Positions 1 through 8,299 of a stretch of 43,737 nt of DNA are shown in pieces. The notes below the pieces were generated by a model that saw nothing but the letters and a program-made list of their open reading frames with translations, searched no databases and was not told where the DNA came from. Location of the stretch: the IMG/VR virus record IMGVR_UViG_3300034084_000052, positions 1-43,737 of that record, one strand, 5' to 3'. Every line of letters begins with the position of its first letter. Position 1 is the first letter of the stretch. The translations under genes and the position numbers were made by a program. This DNA comes from a virus (Duplodnaviria; Caudoviricetes).

Positions 1-101
1 CCTCGGGCCGGCAGGGCCTACCCTCAGGGCCTACCCTCGGGCCGGCAGGGCCTACCCTCAGGCCGGCAGGGCCTACCCTCAGGGCCTACCCTCGGGCCGG
101 C
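1..101. repeat. Irregular tandem array of GGGCCTACCCTC interspersed with (G)GGCCGGCA
   Basis: Five exact GGGCCTACCCTC copies at 14-25, 27-38, 48-59, 69-80 and 82-93, plus a partial copy at 1-4. They are separated by a single A or by (G)GGCCGGC(A) (5-13, 39-47, 61-68, 94-101). The array is cut by the window edge. Confidence 0.95.
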
Positions 102-211
102 GGAGCCCGCGGGCCGGTGCTACTGAGACGCAGTCTCAGACCCCCAGACCCCCATCCGAGGCAAAGGGGTCGGGAAGATGCCGTCTTCCAGATCGCGAGC
201 CATTTTTGGAC

Positions 212-240
212 TTGGTACATAAGACCCAGGGATATACACT
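212..240 (+). promoter_or_regulatory. Putative sigma70-type promoter for a leaderless transcript
   Basis: TTGGTA (212-217) - 17 nt - TACACT (235-240). ATG 247 follows 6 nt later with no clear Shine-Dalgarno. Confidence 0.5.
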
Positions 241-246
241 GAAGGC

Positions 247-861
247 ATGACGAACCACACCCTAGACTTCAAGAACCTCCGAATCGAGTTCGAGACGGAC
301 GACGAGGATGACCATCTCGTAACCCCGGACCTCAGATACCACGCCACCCACGTCCTCTTCGACACGAAGAAGAAGGCCCCCTTGTGGTCCCTTATTCTCG
401 GCCACACGAGCTGGCGGAACGTCCTCGTGAAGCCCCGCGACGGGGACGTCACCAACTTCAGGCGGAGCAACCTGATGCTCCCTCTGGAGAGCAACCGTTA
501 CTTCCTCGGCTACACCCCAGAAGTCCCCCAACACCCCGACGCCACCCCGATCTGGTTCCTCGGACAGCGGCACTCGGTCCTCCTCTCTCGGCACCACCGA
601 GAGCTCCTCGAGGGGCACATCGAGAGGCACGGCGGAAAGTTACTCGTCCTGGCCGGCTACGCCGCCCACGGCTACACGAACACGACCCCATCGACCCCCA
701 TGACCTACCTGACGAAGCTCCTCTCAACCCTGGACGAGGTCCCCGAGGGGTACACCTACGCCCTCCTCAACCCGAAGCACCGGTGGGATCTCCGCAGGCA
801 AACGGACGAGGTCCCGGACGGGAATCTGGTCCTGGCCACAGCCCGGAGGTCCCGCCGATGA
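247..861 (+). CDS. Hypothetical protein (204 aa)
   Basis: Long ORF with GC3-rich codons. Its stop overlaps the next start (ATGA at 858-861). No recognisable motif. Confidence 0.75.
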   Translation: MTNHTLDFKNLRIEFETDDEDDHLVTPDLRYHATHVLFDTKKKAPLWSLILGHTSWRNVLVKPRDGDVTNFRRSNLMLPLESNRYFLGYTPEVPQHPDATPIWFLGQRHSVLLSRHHRELLEGHIERHGGKLLVLAGYAAHGYTNTTPSTPMTYLTKLLSTLDEVPEGYTYALLNPKHRWDLRRQTDEVPDGNLVLATARRSRR

Positions 862-1223
862 TGCTCTACCTCCTCGTCGGCGTGTTCGTGTACCTTATTC
901 AGGCCCTGCTGGGGCACGGACACCCCCTCCGGACCACCCAAGACAAGGTCGCCTTCGGTGTCGCCTCGACCCTGTTGTGGCCCCTCTTCCTGTGGTCGAT
1001 CGTGCTCGGGTACCATGTCCCTAGGGTCCACCGACCCCAAGGAGACGGAAATGAAATACCTTCTCGGGATCCTCGGACCTCTATCGGTGGCCCTCATTCT
1101 TCTGGCCTTCTTCCCGCACTGGGCCCTTCCAATCTGGATCTTCGCGGACACCGCCATGCTGACCGCGACCCTCTTCTGGATCAGGAACGTGGGCCTGGGT
1201 CGGGACGAGGATACGGACGATGA
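858..1223 (+). CDS. Small membrane protein (two hydrophobic segments in first ~55 aa; C-terminal half doubtful)
   Basis: MMLYLLVGVFVYLIQALLG...VAFGVASTLLWPLFLWSIVLG. ATGA-coupled to the upstream gene. The tail overlaps the 1051 ORF. Confidence 0.5.
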   Translation: MMLYLLVGVFVYLIQALLGHGHPLRTTQDKVAFGVASTLLWPLFLWSIVLGYHVPRVHRPQGDGNEIPSRDPRTSIGGPHSSGLLPALGPSNLDLRGHRHADRDPLLDQERGPGSGRGYGR

Positions 1224-1251
1224 CGACCTCTCCGGCATCCCCGGCTGCTGA
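1051..1251 (+). CDS. Small two-TM membrane protein with acidic tail
   Basis: GGAG at 1041-1044 before the ATG. MKYLLGILGPLSVALILLAFFPHWALPIWIFADTAMLTATLFWIR...DEDTDDDD. Confidence 0.6.
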   Translation: MKYLLGILGPLSVALILLAFFPHWALPIWIFADTAMLTATLFWIRNVGLGRDEDTDDDDLSGIPGC

Positions 1252-1771
1252 GGACCCCGAGGAACTCAACCTAGCCCCTCCCCGCAAGCACCCCAAGAGC
1301 ATCGGCAAGCTCCCCCCGGAGGTCCGTCCGGAGCGGGATCAGCAGCGGAACTTCGCGAACTTCATGCGGGAATCGGGGTGCGTCGTCCTCTCCATCAATG
1401 ACAAGAGGATCATCGGGACCCCGGACCTCTTTGTGGGTTCCAGGACCATCGGGATGTGGCTCGAGGCCAAGGTCATGCTGCCCGAGATCGCGACGAACCC
1501 CGGACCTCGCTTGAAGAGCGACCTCACCGGCGAGCAGCACTCGACCCTCCTGAAATTGGACCGCAGACCCCTCCCCGCAGGGGTCCTGGTGTTCATGGAG
1601 CACTGGAAGAAGATCTGCGTCGTCCCGGTGCAGCTGTGGCTCGGCGCCAAGGTCCTCCCCCGATCGAGCTGGGACTCCAGGATGGTGCCCCTCGACTCAG
1701 GGGCAGGGATGCCGGAGCTGGTCTGCGCCTACAAGATGTGGGACAACCTCACCCTCAGGGAGGAGAAATGA
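1220..1771 (+). CDS. PD-(D/E)xK nuclease, VRR-NUC/Holliday junction resolvase-like
   Basis: ERDQQ...GTPDLFV...WLEAK...LTGEQ matches the VRR-NUC pattern E..Q / G.PD / E.K / LT..Q. Confidence 0.75.
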   Translation: MTTSPASPAAEDPEELNLAPPRKHPKSIGKLPPEVRPERDQQRNFANFMRESGCVVLSINDKRIIGTPDLFVGSRTIGMWLEAKVMLPEIATNPGPRLKSDLTGEQHSTLLKLDRRPLPAGVLVFMEHWKKICVVPVQLWLGAKVLPRSSWDSRMVPLDSGAGMPELVCAYKMWDNLTLREEK

Positions 1772-2064
1772 TCATCGAGCGCCACGAACCCGTCCAGGTC
1801 GGGATAGTCCGAGCAATATGCGGGGAATGCCAGGAGGAAATGACGAGATGGCCCCACACCCATAACCTCGATCCCCGACGCACCTACCAGTGCCCGAAAT
1901 GTCGCAGAACAGAGGTCTCGGCGTTGATTTACCCCCGTTTGGAGTACTTTTCGGCCGAAATCGACACCGGAAGGACCCCTTCGGGGTCAAAGTGGTGGCC
2001 CAAAGGGGAGGACGGCTTCAGCGACGATGATTCGAGTGGGCCCGTCCCCTTTTCGGCAATTTAG
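1768..2064 (+). CDS. Zinc-ribbon protein
   Basis: GGAGGAG RBS and ATGA overlap with the nuclease stop. Two CxxC pairs: CGEC and CPKC. Confidence 0.65.
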   Translation: MIIERHEPVQVGIVRAICGECQEEMTRWPHTHNLDPRRTYQCPKCRRTEVSALIYPRLEYFSAEIDTGRTPSGSKWWPKGEDGFSDDDSSGPVPFSAI

Positions 2065-2164
2065 AGGCCCCGGTCCTCGTTCGCTGGTGCACCATCGAGA
2101 GGTGCAGCTTCGAGCGGTTCACCTTCTCGAAGCGGATGGAGAGCTGCTGCTTCTTGCCGGCCAT
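2018..2164 (-). CDS. Putative small basic peptide (48 aa)
   Basis: ATG lies 1 nt after the PAS gene stop, behind GGGGGTGA. MAGKKQQLSIRFEKVNRSKLHLSMVHQRTRTG... has GC3-rich codons in its first half. The 3' end overlaps the zinc-ribbon gene convergently. Confidence 0.4.
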   Translation of the reverse strand: MAGKKQQLSIRFEKVNRSKLHLSMVHQRTRTGASKLPKRGRAHSNHRR

Positions 2165-2165
2165 G

Positions 2166-2792
2166 TCACCCCCTGGCCACGAGAGGGCAATTCGGGTGAT
2201 AGGGGACATCAAAAGGCATCTCGCGGGCCACCCCAACCCACTCGGCAACCTTCCCGTCCATCAGGATGGGGAGCGCACGGACCTGGAGCGAGACTCGGGT
2301 ATCGTCGGGGCGCCGAAAGGAAACCGTTTCCGCGAACTCCCGGTGCTGCTCGAGGGCCTCGGACCACCGATCGAGGATGATGTCCCGATTCTCGGGAGCC
2401 AAGGAGTTCACCCACCCGTACCCAAGGATGTCACCAGGGGTCCGCCCCGTGATCCGGTAGAAGGTGCGCGAAGCGCGAAGGTACTCCCCGGTCGCATTGC
2501 ACAGAAAGTACCCGAAGTCGGCGTCCTCGTGGAAGAGGAGCTCCCGTTCAGCGCGGGCCCGCTGCGTCTGCTCGAGGGCCACGACCTTGTCGAGCAAGGA
2601 GGAGCCCCCATTTCGGGTCAGGTGCGTCCGGACGAGGTCCGTCGATTCGGTGATCCCGGTGATCCAGACGGTGAGCCGCTTCAGGCGTCCCTGGACCCAC
2701 TGGAAGACCTTGTAGCCCACCACGGAGGCGGCGCAGACAGCGGAAAGGGCGGTCCAGAAGACCTCGGACCTCAGGAATTGGTCTGCCGGCAT
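2166..2792 (-). CDS. Membrane-anchored PAS-domain protein (TM + NGGSSLLD linker/coiled coil + PAS/PAC)
   Basis: GGAGG RBS before ATG 2792. Hydrophobic segment VFWTALSAVCAASVVGY. PAS hallmarks: GYFLCNATGEYLRASRTFYRITG, DILGYGWVNSLAPENRD, FRRPDDTRVSLQVRALPILMDGKVAEWVGVARE. Confidence 0.85.
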   Translation of the reverse strand: MPADQFLRSEVFWTALSAVCAASVVGYKVFQWVQGRLKRLTVWITGITESTDLVRTHLTRNGGSSLLDKVVALEQTQRARAERELLFHEDADFGYFLCNATGEYLRASRTFYRITGRTPGDILGYGWVNSLAPENRDIILDRWSEALEQHREFAETVSFRRPDDTRVSLQVRALPILMDGKVAEWVGVAREMPFDVPYHPNCPLVARG

Positions 2793-2814
2793 GTCCCCTC
2801 CCAGTTCAGGGAGA

Positions 2815-2823
2815 AGAATAGCA
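2815..2823 (-). promoter_or_regulatory. Putative extended -10 element for the PAS gene
   Basis: TGCTATTCT (TGnTAnnnT) on the minus strand, 22 nt upstream of ATG 2792. Confidence 0.4.
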
Positions 2824-2831
2824 TGAGAATA

Positions 2832-2930
2832 GTGGCCCGAGGACGACGGCACGAGCACTCGACGTTCGGCTGTGGATCCCCCGATCCTTACTCAGTCGAA
2901 ATTCAGTTCTTGATTTCGTCCTCGGACCAC
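2832..2930 (-). other. 15-bp inverted repeat enclosing smaller hairpins (structured RNA or operator candidate)
   Basis: GTGGCCCGAGGACGA (2832-2846) pairs with TCGTCCTCGGACCAC (2916-2930). The single mismatch is a U-G wobble on the minus-strand RNA. Confidence 0.55.
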
Positions 2931-2957
2931 CGACGCGGCGCCTCGACGCCGTGCCTG

Positions 2958-3200
2958 TCAGCCCGGATCTTCGGTGAGGAACCATTTGGTGCCTCGCTTC
3001 TCTCCGAGCCGAACGATCTTGCACTCCTTCTCGAGGTCGAAGATCGCATTCCGGCAGGCGGAATTTGAGACCTTCTTCTCTACCCCGAGCCAGTTCGAGA
3101 TGAAGGGGTACGACAAGCCGGTGCCATGCTTCACGAGCAGCTTCAGGATGAGGGCCTTGGCCCGAGCGATGTCCTTGGGTGTCGCGATCAGGATAGCCAT
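2958..3200 (-). CDS. Small winged-helix DNA-binding protein
   Basis: AGGAGG RBS. Basic 80 aa protein: ILKLLVKHGTGLSYPFISNWLG...CRNAIFDLEKECKIVRLGEKRGTKWFL (helix-turn-helix plus wing pattern). Confidence 0.7.
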   Translation of the reverse strand: MAILIATPKDIARAKALILKLLVKHGTGLSYPFISNWLGVEKKVSNSACRNAIFDLEKECKIVRLGEKRGTKWFLTEDPG

Positions 3201-3231
3201 GCCGCCTCCTACCCCAAATATCGTCGAGTTA

Positions 3232-3261
3232 TCGCCAAAAGTCCAGCCCTTATGCTAACCT
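3232..3261 (+). promoter_or_regulatory. Putative terL promoter (extended -10, leaderless)
   Basis: TCGCCA (3232-3237), then TGCTAACCT (3253-3261), then 6 nt to ATG 3268. No Shine-Dalgarno. Confidence 0.45.
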
Positions 3262-3267
3262 CGGACC

Positions 3268-4794
3268 ATGGACGAAACCCAGCAAGACATCCTCCGGGTC
3301 CGGGAGCGGATGCGGGACGATTTCGACTTCTACGCCGCGAACTGTCTCCGGATTCGGACCAAGGACGGTCAGATGGAGGAGGACCCTGGGACGGGCATCC
3401 GGACGCTCCCCGTGATGCGGATGAATCGGGCCCAGCGCCGCATCCACCAGCTCGCGGAACAGCAGCGGGCACGCACCGGGAGGGTCCGGGCGATCGTCGT
3501 GAAGGGCCGCCAGCAGGGCGGCTCGACCTACGTCCAGGCTCGCTTCTTCTGGCGCCTGACGCACCTCCCGAACAGGCGCGGCTTCATCCTGGCCCACAAG
3601 GATGACTCGACCCAGAACCTCTTCAATATGGCCAAGACGTTCTACGACTTCTGCCCAACACCGGTGCGACCGCACCGGGACAAGTCGAACGCCAAGGAGA
3701 TGGTCTTCGGGAAGCTCCGGACCTCCTACAAGGTCGAGACCGCGGGCGGCTCGGGGGCGGGTCGTTCCGAAACGATTCAGTTCCTGCACATGAGCGAGTG
3801 CGCCTACTTCCCGAACGCCGAGGACACCATCGTGGGCGTCACGCAGGGTGTCCCGAACGCGGACGACACCGAGATCTGGATGGAGTCCACCTCCGCCGGC
3901 CCTATCGGGCTCTTCTACGAGATGGCGATGGCGGCGGAGAGCGGGGAGTCCGAGTACATCGTTATTTTCACACCCTGGTACTTCTCGGACGAGTATGCAG
4001 CCTATCCCGTCCCAGATAACTTTGTTAGAACGCCCGAGGAGGAGGACGTCGCGACCCTGGCCCTGGAGCAGGACGGCGAGATCCTGAATGACGCCCAGTT
4101 GTGGTGGAGGCGCAACAAGATCATCGAGACCCGCGGAGTCCACCGCTTCCGCCGGGAGTTCCCGGCGACCCTGAAGGAGGCCTTTCAGGCGGACGCGATG
4201 GGGGCGCTGTGGAAGACGCCCCACATCTCGGAGCATCGGGTCATGCGGATCCCGGACTCGGATCTCCCGGTCGAGGACCGCCGCTTCGGTTTCACCCGAG
4301 TGGCTGTGTCGGTTGACCCGAGCGGCGGCAAGAAGGCCCGTAATGATGAGCAGGGGATCACGGTCGGAGGACTCGGCTCGGATGGGCACGGCTACGTCCT
4401 GGCGGACCTGAGCGGCAAATACACCCCCGAGGAATGGGCCCGGAAGGCGATCAACGCCTACCACGAGTACCTCGCCGACTGCATCGTCGTGGAGCGCAAC
4501 TTCGGGGGCGACATGGTCAAGTCGATCATCATGTCGATCGACAGCACTGTGAAGGTCAAGGAGGTCGTGGCATCCAGAGGAAAAGAGGTCCGAGCGGAGC
4601 CGGTCGCGTCCCTCTACGAGAGAGGTCTGGTGCACCATGTCGGCCGGCACACCAAGCTCGAAGACGAGATGACGACCTGGGATCCGGTCAAGTCAACCTT
4701 CAGCCCGAACCGACTGGACTCGCTGGTATGGCTGATGACAGAATTGATGCTCGGAGCCAAGGACGTGGTGTATGCTCGTAGGGTGAGGATCTAA
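3268..4794 (+). CDS. terL: Terminase large subunit
   Basis: NRAQ Q-motif, Walker A VKGRQQGGST, Walker B FLHMSECAY, coupling motif MESTS. RNase H-like nuclease domain: VAVSVDPS...VVERNFGG...PNRLDSLVW. Confidence 0.95.
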   Translation: MDETQQDILRVRERMRDDFDFYAANCLRIRTKDGQMEEDPGTGIRTLPVMRMNRAQRRIHQLAEQQRARTGRVRAIVVKGRQQGGSTYVQARFFWRLTHLPNRRGFILAHKDDSTQNLFNMAKTFYDFCPTPVRPHRDKSNAKEMVFGKLRTSYKVETAGGSGAGRSETIQFLHMSECAYFPNAEDTIVGVTQGVPNADDTEIWMESTSAGPIGLFYEMAMAAESGESEYIVIFTPWYFSDEYAAYPVPDNFVRTPEEEDVATLALEQDGEILNDAQLWWRRNKIIETRGVHRFRREFPATLKEAFQADAMGALWKTPHISEHRVMRIPDSDLPVEDRRFGFTRVAVSVDPSGGKKARNDEQGITVGGLGSDGHGYVLADLSGKYTPEEWARKAINAYHEYLADCIVVERNFGGDMVKSIIMSIDSTVKVKEVVASRGKEVRAEPVASLYERGLVHHVGRHTKLEDEMTTWDPVKSTFSPNRLDSLVWLMTELMLGAKDVVYARRVRI

Positions 4795-4806
4795 CCGGGA
4801 GAGGGT

Positions 4807-5154
4807 ATGTCGGCAGCGAGCAGGGACATCTCCATCGAGCAGGGCGCCGACTTCAATTGGGAACTCACCCTGGAGGACGCCACACCCGAGCCTCTGGACC
4901 TCACCGGGTGCAGCCTGTCCGGAATGATTCGAGCCGGCGGTCCCCGAGGCAAGAAGATGGTCGACTTCACCCTGACCCTGAATAATCCGGCCACGGACGG
5001 CAAGATCAACGTCTTCATCCCGGGGGCCGAGACGGCCGCGATGATCGTGGATGACGACCACTCCTACGACATCTTCCTGACGTACCCGGACCTGAGTGTT
5101 CGTCGGGTGGTTGCGGGTGCGGTGACTGTTCTTGCGAGGACGACCTATGCCTGA
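4807..5154 (+). CDS. Fibre collar/adaptor-like protein (T5 LtfC/BppU N-terminal-like)
   Basis: IEQGADF...PLDLTGC...IR...DGKI...YDIFL...RVVAGAVTV pattern, directly upstream of a fibre gene. Confidence 0.6.
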   Translation: MSAASRDISIEQGADFNWELTLEDATPEPLDLTGCSLSGMIRAGGPRGKKMVDFTLTLNNPATDGKINVFIPGAETAAMIVDDDHSYDIFLTYPDLSVRRVVAGAVTVLARTTYA

Positions 5155-8100
5155 GGAACCCCTTACAATCACGGTCGTCGAGCAGGTCACCTCCCTCACC
5201 GTCGTCGAGGAGGTGATCACCATAACCGAGTCCGCTCCCGCGGGCCCGGCGGGACCTGCCGGCATCCGCTGGAGGGGTGCCTGGAGCGTCCTGAACACCT
5301 ATGCCCCCCGGGATGCCGTCGAGCACGCCGGGACGTCCTACATCTACATAGACCCCATCGCGAGCTCGGTGGAACCCCCCTCCGCGGAGTGGGAAGTCCT
5401 GGCCCAGAAAGGCGACGTTGGGGCGATGGGTCCCACTGGAGCGACTGGCGCAACTGGAGCGACTGGCGCAACTGGAGCGACTGGAGCGACTGGAGCGACT
5501 GGCGCAACAGGTGCTACAGGTGCCACGGGCGCAACCCCAGCCACGGCTGCGGACGTACCCTTCGTCCCGGCTGGCAATCTGTCATCCACGACTGTCCAGG
5601 CTGCGCTTGAAGAACTCGACAGCGAGAAGCAGCCGCTCGACACGCAGCTCACCTCTCTGGCGGGGTTGCCCTTCGCGGGGAACGCGGGTGAGTTTATCAG
5701 GGTGAACCCGACGGAGGATGGTTTTGAACTCATCGCTGTCCCCCCGACAACTCCCGGCGGCGCGGACACGAATGTTCAGATCAACGATGCCAACGCGTTC
5801 TACGGTGAGAGCGACTTCACCTACAACAAGACCACGAAAGTCCTGGCGGTGTCGGGCGCGGTTCGTTCGCCGCTCTTCAACACGAACCTTGATGGAACCA
5901 TCGGCCAATCCCTTTGGGCTGGTAGCACCTTCGAGGCGGCTGCTAACTTCGAGCGCACCTTCACAGGCGCACCGGATTATTACGCTGGCGTCATTTCCTA
6001 TGTGAAGATGCAACCCACCGCGCCCCTCTCCTACGCTCGGGCGTTTGCGGGTGATTTTGAAATCCACACGACCACCGGAGAAACTGCGCCGTTTGCTGTG
6101 ATGGTTGGCGTGTACGGTGAATCTCGCCACAAGGCTTCGTTCAATCTCTCCGGCAACTACGGACTAAGCTACAGCTCTAACTCTGCTGGCCCTGCTACGA
6201 CCACCTTGCTCGCGGGTTCGTATGTCACCGCTTCGACCTACGACACCTCCCACGCTGACTCGGCTGTGGGCATGCTCACCTACACTCCGTATTTGGGTAA
6301 CACCTCCACGGTCACGACTGGCTACGGCATCCAAGTCAGGACGATGGCGAAGGCCGCAGGCGCAACCATCGGCACGGTCTATGGCGTCCGCGTGGAAGAT
6401 ACCTCCATTGTTGGCGCCTCCACCCACTACAACATCTACAGCGCAGGCGCGAACTCGATCAACCGATTCGAGGGTGTGATCCAGAACTACCAAGCGGTTG
6501 CCGCTACTTCCGTTGATGGCTTGGTGCTTGCGACAACGACTGTCGCTACGGCTGGGGCCAACAAGCAGAGTCCTCGCGTCCGTTTCCTTGGCTCCGGCGA
6601 AAAGACAGGCGCTCCGTGGGCCGCGCAGGATTGTGAGGCGTGGATCGAGTTGGTGCCGCGCACGGGTCCTGCCACGGCCAACGCGCAGTACGACTTGAAG
6701 ATTCGTGGGCGCATCAGCGGCGGAACGACCTACGATCTGGCTTCGTTCAATCAGGGGTATTTCACAGGTGCTGGCGACGGTGCGATTTACCGATCACTTG
6801 ATCTGGAGGACAACGGAGCAGGTTTGGTAGCGTTCAGGATTCTTCGTTCCGGCGCGGATCGGATGCAGCTCACCAACTATGGCGTCTCTTTCAATCTGGC
6901 GAACTCTGGTGACTACCACTCCACTCTGCGCGTCTACCCCAACGGGATGTACGGCGCCAACCCCGCCATCTTCGGTTCCCCCGGCAGCGCCACTTGGCGT
7001 TTCGGTGGTGATGCCGCGAATCCTCCGGTCCCGCAAATTCAGGGTGTCCAGAACGCCAGCGGAAACAACATCGTGGGGGCGGTGTGGACGCAGATAGCTT
7101 CGCTCGGCACGGGCAACGCAGCCATCACGCACAAGTCCTATGTCTGGAAGGTTCCGGCTCTTGTCGCTTCCGGCTCCGGGCAGCAAACTGCCGTTGAGGG
7201 CATGAGCCTCACGGGTGATGGCGTCCTCGCGCTCCCGCTCAAGGGAATCTCTGCGCTCCAGCGTCCTCGCATCCAGACCGTCTCAAGCTCGGCCACGGTC
7301 ACGCCGGATGCAGACGCGAATGATGTGGTGAATATCACGGCGCAGGCGGTGGACCTCACCATTGCGAACCCCACCTCTGCCGCCAGCTATCGCTGTGATG
7401 TTCAGAAACTCACGATTCGCATCACCGACAACGGAGTGAGCCGCGCCATCACTTGGGGCTCGGAGTATCGGGCCTTCAGCGCTTCGCTACCCACCGCGAC
7501 CACTGCCAACAAGACCACTACGCTTCTCTTCTACCGCAACGATGGTGCATCGAAGTGGGATTTGATGAGCAAGGCCACACAAGACTCGGGGCTCACCACC
7601 ACGGGCACGGGCGACTTGGTCTACGCCACCGGCCCCACGCTGGTGAACCCTCTGTTCTCGCAGAACATCGTCTTCCCACGCACCAGCGGCTACGGCATCA
7701 AGGTGGACACAAGCTCCCCCGCCTTCCCCTGGAAGGATAAGGAAGGCGTTCTGGATTGGGACTCCACAGGAGCCAACGCATTCGGCCTGACCGCCTATCG
7801 CGGCGGCGCGGTGCGGGAGCACAACGGCAGCGTGGGCGACAAGGTCGATGTGAAGTTTCACATCCCGCACGACTACCTGCCCGGGAGCAACATCTACATC
7901 CATGTTCATTGGTCTCACCACGGCACAGCGGTCAGCGGGAGCTTCACGGCGGACTTCGCGTACACCTATGCGAAGGGCCACGCGCAAGCTATCTTCGCCG
8001 CGGAGAAGACGGTGAACATCACCTACGCAACCGTGAACATCGCGACCACGCCGCAGTGGGAGCACATGATCACCGAGGTCCAGCTCACCACTTCGGGCGG

Positions 8101-8290
8101 ATCCGCTACTCAGTGGGACACCAGCTTGATCGAGGTCGATGGTCTTATCCTGGGGTGCCTCACGCTCACGGCAATCCCGACCATCACGGGAGGCGTGGTG
8201 AACGAACCGTTCGTCCATCACATTGATCTTCACTATCAATCCACGGGCATCGGCACCAAGCAGAAGGCCCCCGACTTCTACGCTGCATAG
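5147..8290 (+). CDS. Fibre protein 1 (collagen-like stalk, multi-domain)
   Basis: Ala/Gly/Thr-rich, ~1047 aa. WRGAW...Y...DAV...GTSY CBM-like repeat, 14 Gly-X-Y triplets, [12 protein letters not shown] motif and beta-rich C-terminal domains. Confidence 0.85.
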   Translation: MPEEPLTITVVEQVTSLTVVEEVITITESAPAGPAGPAGIRWRGAWSVLNTYAPRDAVEHAGTSYIYIDPIASSVEPPSAEWEVLAQKGDVGAMGPTGATGATGATGATGATGATGATGATGATGATGATPATAADVPFVPAGNLSSTTVQAALEELDSEKQPLDTQLTSLAGLPFAGNAGEFIRVNPTEDGFELIAVPPTTPGGADTNVQINDANAFYGESDFTYNKTTKVLAVSGAVRSPLFNTNLDGTIGQSLWAGSTFEAAANFERTFTGAPDYYAGVISYVKMQPTAPLSYARAFAGDFEIHTTTGETAPFAVMVGVYGESRHKASFNLSGNYGLSYSSNSAGPATTTLLAGSYVTASTYDTSHADSAVGMLTYTPYLGNTSTVTTGYGIQVRTMAKAAGATIGTVYGVRVEDTSIVGASTHYNIYSAGANSINRFEGVIQNYQAVAATSVDGLVLATTTVATAGANKQSPRVRFLGSGEKTGAPWAAQDCEAWIELVPRTGPATANAQYDLKIRGRISGGTTYDLASFNQGYFTGAGDGAIYRSLDLEDNGAGLVAFRILRSGADRMQLTNYGVSFNLANSGDYHSTLRVYPNGMYGANPAIFGSPGSATWRFGGDAANPPVPQIQGVQNASGNNIVGAVWTQIASLGTGNAAITHKSYVWKVPALVASGSGQQTAVEGMSLTGDGVLALPLKGISALQRPRIQTVSSSATVTPDADANDVVNITAQAVDLTIANPTSAASYRCDVQKLTIRITDNGVSRAITWGSEYRAFSASLPTATTANKTTTLLFYRNDGASKWDLMSKATQDSGLTTTGTGDLVYATGPTLVNPLFSQNIVFPRTSGYGIKVDTSSPAFPWKDKEGVLDWDSTGANAFGLTAYRGGAVREHNGSVGDKVDVKFHIPHDYLPGSNIYIHVHWSHHGTAVSGSFTADFAYTYAKGHAQAIFAAEKTVNITYATVNIATTPQWEHMITEVQLTTSGGSATQWDTSLIEVDGLILGCLTLTAIPTITGGVVNEPFVHHIDLHYQSTGIGTKQKAPDFYAA
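5411..5536 (+). repeat. Collagen Gly-X-Y repeat (11 x Gly-Ala-Thr, 9-bp units)
   Basis: GGA GCG ACT / GGC GCA ACT and variant units at 5438-5536, preceded by GDV GAM GPT. Confidence 0.95.
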
Positions 8291-8299
8291 GAGGCAGAC

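Noticed and set aside
1-101. Possible CRISPR array
   Set aside because: The units are 9-13 bp with no unique spacers, and there are no cas genes.
2832-2930. Hammerhead ribozyme (GGACGAAA and CUGA words on the minus strand)
   Set aside because: There is no CUGANGA core in the required position and no correctly placed NUH cleavage triplet. Kept only as a generic structured element.
3250-4650. Long antisense ORFs (also 7487-8800, 11982-13106, 17639-19066, 26215-27861, 35500-37332, 38418-39380, 40873-42321)
   Set aside because: They are shadow frames of strongly codon-biased high-GC genes. They have no motifs and lie opposite well-supported CDSs.
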